Assembly: GCA_964637955.1 (NCBI GenBank)
Contig: CAZWXQ010000001.1
Coordinates: forward strand, 21,936 to 85,935
Length of the DNA stretch: 64,000 nucleotides
Source of the DNA: an uncultured Gammaproteobacteria bacterium
GTDB lineage: Bacteria > Patescibacteriota > Microgenomatia > Levybacterales > UBA12049
Reading direction: 5' to 3'
Below, piece by piece: positions 9,558-18,147 of the stretch; the stretch's first letter is position 1; every line of letters starts with the position of its first letter. The translations under genes were made by a program, and so were the position numbers. Below the pieces are notes generated by a model. That model did no database searches, was not told the DNA's origin, and saw only the letters and a program-made list of their open reading frames with translations.

Positions 9558-10058
9558 TTACTGCCCAGCTTTTCGGATTGCTTCAAGATCAAGTTTTTTC
9601 ATTGGCATGAATACAGCAGTTACTGCCTCTGCTTTTTCAGGGTCACGCATCATTTCATCTAAAATCCTCGGGACTACTTGCCATGTAACTCCGAATTTAT
9701 CTGTACACCATCCACACTGTTCTGCTTCTGGAACTGCTGATAACTTTTCCCAGAAGTAATCAATTTCATCCTGAGTATCACACTCAATAATATATGAGGT
9801 TCCGCCAGTAATCTTGAATTGTTCCATAGGGCCTCCGTTAAGGAACATGAAGCTAATCCCATCAAGTTCGCATTCAGCTGTCATAACAGATCCTTCAGGT
9901 ATGCCAGAGACTTCTTCGGATGCCTTTGGTGCTTTTGTGATGTCTCCAATTGTTGCAGAGTGCTCCCCAGGTGCTGAATTAAAAGTATCTATGTAATATT
10001 TTGCTGCCTCTTCGCCGTCGTTATTCGCGAACCAGAGACATGTTATTAGTTTACTCAT
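9558..10058 (-). CDS. VOC/glyoxalase-superfamily protein of the PhnB / 3-demethylubiquinone-9 3-methyltransferase-domain type
   Basis: N-terminal ITCLWF motif and the duplicated beta-alpha-beta-beta-beta module. GC is higher than the surroundings. TGTTAGAAT-N7-ATG. Confidence 0.65.
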   Translation of the reverse strand: MSKLITCLWFANNDGEEAAKYYIDTFNSAPGEHSATIGDITKAPKASEEVSGIPEGSVMTAECELDGISFMFLNGGPMEQFKITGGTSYIIECDTQDEIDYFWEKLSAVPEAEQCGWCTDKFGVTWQVVPRILDEMMRDPEKAEAVTAVFMPMKKLDLEAIRKAGQ

Positions 10059-10150
10059 TTTATTTATTCTAACATATTTTAATAATTTTTCAGTATTAGT
10101 TCTATAAGAATAATTGATATTACAATCAAGGGATAATTTTGATTATTAAA

Positions 10151-10537
10151 TTATTTTCTAATTTTTAATATTATAAAGCTTGCAATAGATATTTCTATTA
10201 AACTCAAAGGAACTGCAAATATCAAAATATTTAGTGGTAACACTTTTAAATTCCATAATGAAATCCACATTAGGATAAATCCTGCTAACCAAGACAGAAT
10301 AATACTTTGAGAAAATGTAAATTTAGTATTAATGAAATAAATTAATACAGCAAAACAAAGTGACCAAACGCCCCATGTCGCACCATTTATAGGTGTATCT
10401 GGAAAAATTAATCCTAAACGTTCAAAATGATTAACCCACATTGATTTAAATAAAATCTCATTTCTTAAAAATTCAGAAAAACTAATCCATAAAGTTGCCG
10501 CAAATATTGCTAACACTGAATATTTATTTAATTTCAT
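10151..10537 (-). CDS. Small integral membrane protein, hypothetical
   Basis: Four TM helices. TGATATAAT-N6-ATG. Confidence 0.45.
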   Translation of the reverse strand: MKLNKYSVLAIFAATLWISFSEFLRNEILFKSMWVNHFERLGLIFPDTPINGATWGVWSLCFAVLIYFINTKFTFSQSIILSWLAGFILMWISLWNLKVLPLNILIFAVPLSLIEISIASFIILKIRK

Positions 10538-10686
10538 AATAAAATTATATCAAAGGTTCTAATCTATTCCATGGTAGAAATAAATTGATATTTTAAAACT
10601 AGGCTAATTTATTTGGTTCCACCTAATAGAAAATGTCAGAACATATTTCATTAGTCGAATGTATTATGTATAATTTATTCACTATG

Positions 10687-10923
10687 AAAACAATGACTTG
10701 TAAACAGCTCGCTGGCGCTTGCGACATGGAGTTTCATACGGAGACATTTGATGAAGTGGCAAAGCTAAGTCAGCAACACGGAATGGAAATGTTTCAAAAG
10801 GGAGATGTTCCACATCTTGCTGCACAACAGGAGATGATGAAGATGATGTCCGACCCAAATGCTATGCAAAAATGGATGGACGAAAAGCGAAAAGAATTTG
10901 ACCTACTCCCAGAAGACAAATAA
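10687..10923 (+). CDS. DUF1059-like small protein. Start moved from 10633 to 10687.
   Basis: MKTMTCKQLAGACDMEF is a DUF1059-type N-terminus. TGTATAAT lies 9 nt upstream of 10687. The longer 10633 start sits inside a repeated intergenic element. Confidence 0.55.
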   Translation, partial: KTMTCKQLAGACDMEFHTETFDEVAKLSQQHGMEMFQKGDVPHLAAQQEMMKMMSDPNAMQKWMDEKRKEFDLLPEDK

Positions 10924-11010
10924 TCCTCAGGTTCGAGCTCCTAGCTCCCATTTCTGTATTTTCAAAACTAAAATATCTGGCGCCGAGCGGTAGATAAATT
11001 CAGAAATTTT
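10924..11010. repeat. Repeat family copy A. It contains a degraded plus-orientation tRNA-Asn T-arm/acceptor fragment and the box GAGCGGTAGATAAATTCAGAAATT.
   Basis: AGGTTCGAGCTCCTAGCTCCCA against the tRNA's AGGTTCGAGTCCTAGTCACGGA. GAGCGRTAGATAAATTCAGAAATT recurs at 12942-12970. Confidence 0.55.
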
Positions 11011-11468
11011 TAAGATAAAATTCTTTTTGCAGCGATTGGTTTGTAGTATTTAATAAACTTACCAAAATTCCAAATACTAGTACCATTATCAATTAAATTT
11101 GAATGATAGATTTTATTATCTCCGCAGTATATTGCAGTATGTAGTCTAATTATCCAATCTTTTCTATTTAATTCTTTATTTTCAATTCTAATTTTATCTG
11201 CATATATAATATCTCCCTCTTTAAGAAGATTTAAGGAATCTTTGGTAAAAAATCCTTCTTTAATAATAAATTTTCCAACTTTATTAAATGCTTTAGGATT
11301 TAAAAGTAATTCTGATTTGTAAAACTTTTTGTGAATTTTATAAAAGTAATATTGTAATGCTAATCTACAGTTTCCCTCATTAAATTCATCTTTTTTAAGA
11401 TCTCTTAAAAGTAATGGCCCTTTATCAAATTGATATTTAAAATGTTTTAAATCTTTTAACATTTTCAA
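11010..11468 (-). CDS. Hypothetical protein with a possible papain-like Cys...His arrangement (very tentative)
   Basis: ORF with CRLALQYY ... HTAIYCGDNKIYHS. TGATATAAT-N6-ATG. Confidence 0.4.
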   Translation of the reverse strand: MKMLKDLKHFKYQFDKGPLLLRDLKKDEFNEGNCRLALQYYFYKIHKKFYKSELLLNPKAFNKVGKFIIKEGFFTKDSLNLLKEGDIIYADKIRIENKELNRKDWIIRLHTAIYCGDNKIYHSNLIDNGTSIWNFGKFIKYYKPIAAKRILS

Positions 11469-11595
11469 ATTATATCAGAGGTCTTAATCCTGTTCGTGGT
11501 AGGAGCAGATTGATTTATTTAACTGAGGCAAATTTATTTGACTCCGCTGGCAGGCATTTGCCCTGCAAGGATTGAAGGAAAAAAATCCGAACTTA

Positions 11596-12204
11596 TTATG
11601 CTTCAATAATTTGATGCTTATTATCCTTAATTAAAATTGCTTGCTGATCAGTTATTGGAATAATTTTATATTTATCTGAATATTCTTTAAGCACTTTATT
11701 ATGGAGTGTGGAATATTTTGCGTTTTTAAAATGAGGTAATATAACAAAATCTACTAATCCAAATCCTTCGCTAGATTCTAAATTTGCTTCACTTGGATCA
11801 TCAAAGTCTTTAACAGATTCAATGTTTGGGCCTGCTATAACTGATCCAGCACTTGAGCCGATATATATAACACCTTCACTAATTAATCTCTCAACAACTT
11901 TATCAAAACCACTATTCTTAGCTTTTTCTAATAAATAGAAAGTATTTCCGCCTGCCACAAAAATAATATCCACATTTTTCAAGCTCTTTTCAAGATCTTC
12001 TACGCTTTTATTTTTTAAATCTAAATCAAATACTTTAAAACCTAGCTCTGTTAGTTTATTTCTGTCATCTTCTATCCATGGTTTATTCTCATACGGATCT
12101 GCAGCTGTTGGAATAAAACCTAAAGATAAGTTTTCGGGTTTTTGATCTAATAAAGGTAAGAGTAAATGAAGCGTCTTTGATGCTTGAGAGGTCAAGAATA
12201 ACAT
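11596..12204 (-). CDS. Peptidase E / S51-family (class I glutamine amidotransferase-like) dipeptidase
   Basis: IFVAGGNTFYLLEKAK ... YIGSSAGSVIAGPNI with Ser nucleophile context. TGCTATAAT-N6-ATG. Confidence 0.75.
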   Translation of the reverse strand: MLFLTSQASKTLHLLLPLLDQKPENLSLGFIPTAADPYENKPWIEDDRNKLTELGFKVFDLDLKNKSVEDLEKSLKNVDIIFVAGGNTFYLLEKAKNSGFDKVVERLISEGVIYIGSSAGSVIAGPNIESVKDFDDPSEANLESSEGFGLVDFVILPHFKNAKYSTLHNKVLKEYSDKYKIIPITDQQAILIKDNKHQIIEA

Positions 12205-12292
12205 AAGGTGATTATAGCAGAATGAGGCTAAAAATTTCGTTCTGCTAGCAAGAGAAGATTAGAACTTATTTCATCGCATTAATTTGAAATTT

Positions 12293-12784
12293 TTATTGGG
12301 AGAAATATTCAGTTATTTTTGTAGGAGTTAAAACAATACTTACTCGCTCTTCTCTAGAAAACTCTTCAGACATTATTTGCTCAGCACCTTCTGGATCCAT
12401 ATATCGCTCTGCTAAGTGCCTAATGTCTCTTTGTGAAGCTTCATGATCATCATTTAATAAAACTGAGCCTCTCATTGTCACATACTGATAATTTCCTCTG
12501 CTTACTAAAAACGATACATGGGGATTTTCTTGTAAATGCCTATACTTATGCCTGAACTTAGCAGTATTCATTAGGATTGTGCCGTCATCTTGAAGGGCAT
12601 ACCACATTTCTGTCTGAACAATTTCTCCATCTGGTCTTAAAACGGCGAGAATACCTTTCAGGGGTTTTCTCTCAAAAGGTTCAATCAAAAGTTCGCGAGC
12701 ACGGTCTGAAAATCCTACACCTGTAACAATTTCTCTTGTTGGTGGCTCCACTGTAATTATTCCTTGATCATCTGCTTCTGTCAT
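12293..12784 (-). CDS. Pyridoxamine 5'-phosphate oxidase-like FMN-binding split-barrel protein
   Basis: PNPOx-fold pattern (LKGILAVLRPDGEIVQTEMWYALQDDGTILMNT). Higher GC. TGATATAAT-N7-ATG. Confidence 0.65.
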   Translation of the reverse strand: MTEADDQGIITVEPPTREIVTGVGFSDRARELLIEPFERKPLKGILAVLRPDGEIVQTEMWYALQDDGTILMNTAKFRHKYRHLQENPHVSFLVSRGNYQYVTMRGSVLLNDDHEASQRDIRHLAERYMDPEGAEQIMSEEFSREERVSIVLTPTKITEYFSQ

Positions 12785-12950
12785 GGGGCAAATTATATCA
12801 TAATTGAGGCTAAAAATGATGCACCGCGACTAGTCCTTTGGCAAGTTCAGGATTACGAATTGCGCTAAGACTCATTCTCCGATGAATTCTATTCAAAAGA
12901 AGTCATAAAAAAATCCACCGCAAATGGGTGGATTATTTTATGAGCTCCGA
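12785..12950. repeat. ~165-nt intergenic repeat, copy B, ~80% identical to 18148-18311. It contains a TGATATAAT promoter, a TTGAGGCTAA box, a pseudo tRNA-Asn 3'-half and an orphan terminator hairpin ending in TTATGAGCTCC.
   Basis: Direct alignment by eye with copy F at 18148-18311. The hairpin ATCCACCGCAAATGGGTGGAT lies at 12913-12933. Confidence 0.75.
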
Positions 12951-12991
12951 GCGATAGATAAATTCAGAAATTATTATGTTAATATTTAGAT

Positions 12992-13423
12992 ATGGAAGAT
13001 TATCAGCTTGTTTTAGAAGAGGGTGAGCCTAATCCTGAAGATAAAAAAGTTATTGTGGATGGCTTACTTGAAAACCATGCTAGTAGTGGTCATCCGCGAG
13101 AGCCAAAAGAAATCTTTTCAATTCTTTTGAAAAATAATGATGGAAAGTTAATAGGAGGAGTAATTGCCTCTATTCTTTGGAATGGAATGGAGATTGATTC
13201 TTTATGGATAGAGAAATCACTTAGAGGAAAAGGCGAAGGAGGAAAACTCATTGAAGCTGCGGAAAAAGAAGGTTTAAAAAGAGGTTGCACAATTTCCTAT
13301 ACAAATACATTCTCATGGCAAGCGCCTGAATTTTATGAAAAGATGGGATACTCTCTGTATGGAAAGTTGGATGGATTTCCAGAAGGAAACAGTCTTAGTT
13401 ATTACTTCAAAAAATTATCTTGA
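12992..13423 (+). CDS. GNAT family N-acetyltransferase
   Basis: Acetyl-CoA-binding region (RGKGEGGKLIEAAEKEGLKRGC) and GNAT C-terminal motif. Confidence 0.7.
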   Translation: MEDYQLVLEEGEPNPEDKKVIVDGLLENHASSGHPREPKEIFSILLKNNDGKLIGGVIASILWNGMEIDSLWIEKSLRGKGEGGKLIEAAEKEGLKRGCTISYTNTFSWQAPEFYEKMGYSLYGKLDGFPEGNSLSYYFKKLS

Positions 13424-13455
13424 ATTTGGATCCTATAAATAAGTGAAGTTATTAA

Positions 13456-13983
13456 TTATTTTGTCGGATAAATCCTATATTCAACTTCATCCAACATATT
13501 TCCTGCCATATTTTTCTTTTTATATTCATCTTCTATTACTCCTCCTAATGATTCTGCAATTTTTCTACTTGGAATATTTCTACTATCAACTGGATAAATT
13601 ATATATTTATAAGATTTATTTTTATCTATCCATTCTTTCAAAGACTTAACTGCTTCTCTTCCATATTTATGTCCATGAGCACTTTTTTTAATCCAAATGC
13701 CAAGCTCAGGAGTATCTGTATTAAACTTACTAACACCACCATGACCAATAAATTCATTTGTAAGTTTATTTAGAATAACAACTTGTAGCTGCTCTCCTTT
13801 TTCCATCGCTCTTCTAGAAATGTTAATAAAAGACAAGGTTTCTTCAATCTTTTTTGCTGGCTTAGGATACATTAAGACTGTTAATTCATCAGAAAATTCT
13901 TTAAAAATATCTTGGGCATATTTATCAGATGTTGGAACAAGTTTTAGTCTTTCTGATTCTATAATAACACTAAGTAAATTCAT
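13456..13983 (-). CDS. GNAT family N-acetyltransferase (RimL/RimJ-like)
   Basis: ERLKLVP N-terminal motif and HGHKYGREAVKSL. TGGTATAAT-N6-ATG. Confidence 0.75.
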   Translation of the reverse strand: MNLLSVIIESERLKLVPTSDKYAQDIFKEFSDELTVLMYPKPAKKIEETLSFINISRRAMEKGEQLQVVILNKLTNEFIGHGGVSKFNTDTPELGIWIKKSAHGHKYGREAVKSLKEWIDKNKSYKYIIYPVDSRNIPSRKIAESLGGVIEDEYKKKNMAGNMLDEVEYRIYPTK

Positions 13984-14005
13984 GATTTGATTATACCAGA
14001 AGCAT

Positions 14006-14054
14006 TTTGAGGCTAACTTGCTCCACCTAGTAGAAAATGTCAGAACCTATTTCC
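14006..14054. repeat. Short repeat (GGCTAA...CCACCTARTAGAAAATGTCAGAAC) shared with 10601-10650
   Basis: Near-identical 30-mers CCACCTAATAGAAAATGTCAGAACATATTT and CCACCTAGTAGAAAATGTCAGAACCTATTT. Confidence 0.6.
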
Positions 14055-14558
14055 TTAATCAAAGTTCTTTTTAATTATCTCTAGACAATCATCTAAAGAG
14101 GTCTTTTCTGTATCTAAAATAATCGCTCCATCAATGGGATTGTTTAAAACTTTTAAATATAATTGTTCGATCAAGTCTTTTCCAAAATGAGGTCTATTAT
14201 ATTTCTCAGCTCTCTCGTCTTCTCTTTTTTGTAACGTTTCTAAAGAGCATTGTAATTGATAAATGACAACTGGAACATTTTTAGATTTAGCTAATTCGAT
14301 AGCAGCAATAGCATGTTCTGGATTTTTGAAAATCCCATCAAAAACTACACTAAATCCATCCGACAATAAGCGATCTACAACTGCGAGAGCAATATTATTT
14401 ACCTCATCTAATGAGTCACCCGAGTCTTCAGAAAAAAAAGGTTTGAGATTATCAATCTTAAGCCAAACAACTTGCAATTCTTTACTTCTTAATTTCTCAC
14501 CTAACGTAGTTTTTCCACTAGCAGGTGCACCCCGGAGTATTACTAGTGATTGTTTCAT
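14055..14558 (-). CDS. P-loop kinase / AAA_33-like ATP-binding protein
   Basis: Walker A is ILRGAPASGKTT. TGTTATAAT lies 6 nt upstream (plus 14565-14573). Confidence 0.7.
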   Translation of the reverse strand: MKQSLVILRGAPASGKTTLGEKLRSKELQVVWLKIDNLKPFFSEDSGDSLDEVNNIALAVVDRLLSDGFSVVFDGIFKNPEHAIAAIELAKSKNVPVVIYQLQCSLETLQKREDERAEKYNRPHFGKDLIEQLYLKVLNNPIDGAIILDTEKTSLDDCLEIIKKNFD

Positions 14559-14667
14559 TATTAAATTATAACAGGTTCGATCGTCCTATTCGGGGTACTA
14601 GAAATTGAGGCTAAAATACGTTGCCCCCTAAAGGACTTATTCATCAACAGAGAGATTGAGTTTGACT

Positions 14668-14985
14668 TTATACTTGAGGATCTTGAGGTTTTCTATCCAT
14701 TACTGGTTCCACATTAAACTGTGTTTCATGTACAAAATATCTAACATATCCGAACTCTGGAGGATTCTCTCTTGACTGAACTATCTCATCATCTGTGTCA
14801 AGCATTGCCACTCTACCATCCATTAAAACTACTTCCGTTGGTCCTTTTAAAACAACAGCAGGCCAAAGAAATGATGAATCAGGATCTCTTTTATCTCTCC
14901 ATTTCCATGAAGCTGGTTCGCCCAATGTTTGGAGAGATTCAGGGGTTACTGTTCTTAAGTCTATATGTCTGGGGATTTCGGCCAT
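14668..14985 (-). CDS. Hypothetical protein (higher GC)
   Basis: 105-aa ORF with non-repetitive composition. Flanked on both sides by repeat-family copies. Confidence 0.4.
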   Translation of the reverse strand: MAEIPRHIDLRTVTPESLQTLGEPASWKWRDKRDPDSSFLWPAVVLKGPTEVVLMDGRVAMLDTDDEIVQSRENPPEFGYVRYFVHETQFNVEPVMDRKPQDPQV

Positions 14986-15019
14986 GCAGCAAAGATATAA
15001 TAATAGATTTTTTTGTCAA

Positions 15020-15165
15020 TAATATGGTGATTCGTGACTATGTCCTTCCGAGGATATCCGCTCATAAATTCGCTTCAAGACTCAAGAGAGTTCTATTCAA
15101 AAGAAATCATAAAAATTGCTGGATAAAATCCGACTTCTTTTTATGAGCTCAATGCAATGGAAGAA
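15020..15165. repeat. Partial copy (E) of the tRNA-Asn-associated repeat family
   Basis: It shares GTGACTATGTCCTTC..., GAGTTCTATTCAAAAGAAATCATAAAAA and CCGACTTCTTTTTATGAGCTC with copies B and F. Confidence 0.6.
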
Positions 15166-15183
15166 TTTAGAATTTATTTTGGA

Positions 15184-15783
15184 TTATGAGTTCCACATTT
15201 GAGGGGTAAGTATAGGAATATTTAGATTAGTTCTTTCACGAGTTTTATCGCCATAATCATTCCCATTTTTTATCATCATATTGATTTTATTATGATGGAA
15301 ATTCAAATACATTTCTGCTTTTACTTTATCATTTTTTTTCTTGTTCCAATTTTGCTTTAGCTTCGTAAGTCTGTGCTTCGATTGAAAATACTTGAAGAGC
15401 AATTTCTGTTTCATGATAAGTAGTCGTAGTATAAGAATATTGGTCGTTGAATTGCCACCTAAGGTCTTTATTACTATAGTTTTAGTTAATTGCTCCCATG
15501 ATTTGAATTGTGGGTGTTCTGAGTTAGGTAAATCACGCAATGAAGAAATTGATTTTATTTGATTGCATATTAGCTCTGAATTGTTTAACATTCCACTGAT
15601 TATAACAGAGGAATTATTTAATCTATATGGAATTTTAAAATGAGATATTAACATAATCCTAATGGAGTGATGTTTGATGTATGGCTCGTGCTCTGCTGGT
15701 ATGCGTTTGTCATGAGCGAAATCGGAAGAAAAGATTACATCGGATGATTTGATTTCAAGGGGCATTGAGAGTAGAATATCCAT
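15184..15783 (-). CDS. Doubtful ORF, more likely non-coding or a degraded gene
   Basis: Low-complexity, N/K/I-rich translation. Its start codon is 3 nt from the divergent radical SAM start, leaving no room for a promoter, and the genome's usual TGnTATAAT is absent. Confidence 0.2.
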   Translation of the reverse strand: MDILLSMPLEIKSSDVIFSSDFAHDKRIPAEHEPYIKHHSIRIMLISHFKIPYRLNNSSVIISGMLNNSELICNQIKSISSLRDLPNSEHPQFKSWEQLTKTIVIKTLGGNSTTNILILRLLIMKQKLLFKYFQSKHRLTKLKQNWNKKKNDKVKAEMYLNFHHNKINMMIKNGNDYGDKTRERTNLNIPILTPQMWNS

Positions 15784-15786
15784 CCA

Positions 15787-17130
15787 ATGAGCGCAGAAAA
15801 ACTAGATTTATCATATAAACCTGCAAATCCAGTTGCGGGAGATAATAGGTATGGATTGATGGTTTTTCCATCTTTAGATGATTCTTTTTATGGAAGAGAA
15901 AAAAGACTTTTATTGACTCAAAGACTTGAACCATCGGTATTATATGTTGCTCCTCAAGAAGGTCAATCTGAATTTATTTGGGATAATCAACCTAGAGAGG
16001 GCGTAGATCAATATATTTGTTCCGTATACACAAGAGGATGGAATGAATTTAGAAAATTCGCAGAGCAAGTAGGAAGAGAAAAAGTGGTAGCCGGAGGATA
16101 TCACCCAACTGCGATTCCAGAGGATGCATTTAAAGTGGCTCATCAGGTTGTCGCAGGTTATTGTGGAAATATAGATGAGATTTTGGCACAACCTGATGGA
16201 ATTTATACAGGACTTTTTGCATTTACTCCAATGAGAAGAGATCTCATAGATCAGAGAGATTTGAAACAAGTTTATCCAGACGTTCAATCGGAACATATCG
16301 TTGGATCCATGGTTTCATCCGTCGGATGTCCTTTCGATTGTGATTTTTGTTCAACCCCCAAGATGTCGAATAGAAGAATGAGAGTTTCTCCCATGGAATA
16401 CGCTGAACAAGAAATTGCGGATCTTCAGTCAAGAGGGGTAAATTCCGTTTTTGTTAGAGATGAGAGTTTTGCGACAAATCCTCAGATAGTGGAAGTGGCT
16501 AGAATGTTTAAGGGAAAATTTGATTTAGTTTATTCTTTTGGGACAGGAAATGTAATGGGATTAAATGAAGATCTAGTAAGGCAATTAGGTGATTTTGGCT
16601 GGCACTCTTTAAATTTCGGATTAGAAGACGTGGGGAAAAATTATAGAAAAAATAAACTTCTTCAGCGAGCAGCAGACAACTGTAGAGAAAATGGTATAGG
16701 CGTGGTTTTATCATTTATAGTAAATCCTGATGGGAAAACACAAGACGAAGCGAGAGCAAATTATCAAGCTTTATATCAAGCGTTTAATGAGTTAAAACCT
16801 TGGCAAGTCTGTGCCAATTTCCTTATGCCTATGCCAGGAACTGCAATATGGGAACAATATAAGAGTAGAATTACTGAAGCAGATTTTGATAAATTTGATT
16901 CCAAAACTCCTATACTTTGTCCACCAGATTTAGTGGAATGGCATAGGAGAATGATAGTAGCTGTACAGTTAAAATACTATTACAGCAAGCTTTATAATAC
17001 ACAAGTAAGAAGATTTGAAAATGGAGACACATTACACCTAAGAATAGAGGAATTAAAAAAAGAATTTGGATTTGAAAATCATGATTGGGATGAGTTTCTA
17101 AAATTCCCTACTAATACATCAAATGAGTAA
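15787..17130 (+). CDS. B12-binding-domain radical SAM protein
   Basis: N-terminal cobalamin-binding-like region (VVAGGYHPTAIPED) and CxxxCxxC (CPFDCDFC). Elevated GC. Confidence 0.8.
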   Translation: MSAEKLDLSYKPANPVAGDNRYGLMVFPSLDDSFYGREKRLLLTQRLEPSVLYVAPQEGQSEFIWDNQPREGVDQYICSVYTRGWNEFRKFAEQVGREKVVAGGYHPTAIPEDAFKVAHQVVAGYCGNIDEILAQPDGIYTGLFAFTPMRRDLIDQRDLKQVYPDVQSEHIVGSMVSSVGCPFDCDFCSTPKMSNRRMRVSPMEYAEQEIADLQSRGVNSVFVRDESFATNPQIVEVARMFKGKFDLVYSFGTGNVMGLNEDLVRQLGDFGWHSLNFGLEDVGKNYRKNKLLQRAADNCRENGIGVVLSFIVNPDGKTQDEARANYQALYQAFNELKPWQVCANFLMPMPGTAIWEQYKSRITEADFDKFDSKTPILCPPDLVEWHRRMIVAVQLKYYYSKLYNTQVRRFENGDTLHLRIEELKKEFGFENHDWDEFLKFPTNTSNE

Positions 17131-17605
17131 ACCTACGCTTGGTCTAGTACTTGGTAGATTCCAGCCTCTTCACCCGGGACATCTTTCCTTGATTGACACA
17201 GCATTTAAAGAAAACGATTCTGTTGTGATTTGTATTGGCTCAGCGCAAAAAGCTGAGCCTTATACTATAGAAGAACGACATGAACAAATGAAAAAACAAT
17301 TAGATGTACTTCATTATTCTCAAGAAAAATATAGAATTGTTGATCTTATTGACCCCGATCCTATACAAATATGGCCGCCCTATGTAAAAGATACTTGCAG
17401 AATAACGGATGAAACAGTTAACAGATTTTACAGAGCAGAGACACTTCCTGATGAATATGCGCGAGAATTAAACAGCTTAGGATTTGAACTTAGGATTGTT
17501 CCTAGGGTATCATTTTATATTGAGGGTAATGATGGACTATATAGATCTGTAAGTTCGGCAACGGAATTACGGGAAGTAAGAGGAATTGGAAAAGAAAGAG
17601 CTTAA
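17123..17605 (+). CDS. nadM: NadM-type (archaeal-like) nicotinamide-nucleotide adenylyltransferase / cytidylyltransferase-fold protein
   Basis: GRFQPLHPGH (HxGH motif), ICIGSAQ, and a C-terminal SxxxxR-like region. Overlaps the radical SAM stop by 8 nt. Confidence 0.7.
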   Translation: MSKPTLGLVLGRFQPLHPGHLSLIDTAFKENDSVVICIGSAQKAEPYTIEERHEQMKKQLDVLHYSQEKYRIVDLIDPDPIQIWPPYVKDTCRITDETVNRFYRAETLPDEYARELNSLGFELRIVPRVSFYIEGNDGLYRSVSSATELREVRGIGKERA

Positions 17606-17634
17606 TCTATTCTGGCAGATAAAATCCGAACTTA

Positions 17635-18147
17635 TTATAGTTCTGTGACAGAGGCTATTTGAGAGGTATATTTGCCCATCCACTTTAATCCATTCTCTAG
17701 ATTTTCTTTGTTAGTTGCTCCTACTGCTTCTTTTACTACAATTACCTTATAGCCTCTTTCATTTGCAGCGTCACTTGTTGATTGAACACAAACATGGGAA
17801 ACAAGTCCACAAAGCCATACGGTCTCAATTTTATTTTTCTTTAGAATAATATCTAATTCTTTGACACTGAATGCACTATAGTTTTCTTTTTCAAATACAT
17901 GATCATCTTTCATAATTTCTAATTCATCAATAAGTTCTGCTTCCTTAGTTCCTTTAATCATCAAATATTTACTATTAAATCTACTAATAGTTTTTGGATT
18001 ATCAATAATTTTAAAATAAAATATAGGAATATTTTTTTCCCTTGCTATATTTATTAGTGACAAAAGATTCTTTTTAAAATCTTCTGGTTTATAAAGATGA
18101 GGCATCATTCCTTTTTGAACATCAATTACAAGTAATGCTGTATTCAT
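17635..18147 (-). CDS. Isochorismatase-family cysteine hydrolase, possibly a nicotinamidase (PncA-like)
   Basis: LLVIDVQ, a catalytic Cys in VWLCGLVSHVCVQST, and a conserved Lys region. TGTTATAAT lies 6 nt upstream (plus 18154-18162). Confidence 0.75.
   Translation of the reverse strand: MNTALLVIDVQKGMMPHLYKPEDFKKNLLSLINIAREKNIPIFYFKIIDNPKTISRFNSKYLMIKGTKEAELIDELEIMKDDHVFEKENYSAFSVKELDIILKKNKIETVWLCGLVSHVCVQSTSDAANERGYKVIVVKEAVGATNKENLENGLKWMGKYTSQIASVTEL

Noticed and set aside
10633-10686. Longer N-terminus for the DUF1059-like gene
   Set aside because: The 10633 ATG lies inside the repeated 30-mer CCACCTAATAGAAAATGTCAGAAC. A TGTATAAT -10 sits between it and the 10687 ATG, and the family N-terminus begins MKTMTCKQ.
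12913-12940. Functional terminator at the copy B hairpin
   Set aside because: No gene on either strand is positioned to be terminated by it. I interpret it as a relic that was duplicated along with the att-like region, not as a working terminator.
14772-15146. Plus-strand ORFs 14772-15146 and 14795-15022
   Set aside because: They overlap the minus-strand gene 14668-14985 and run through the repeat and promoter region. They have no start-site promoter pattern.
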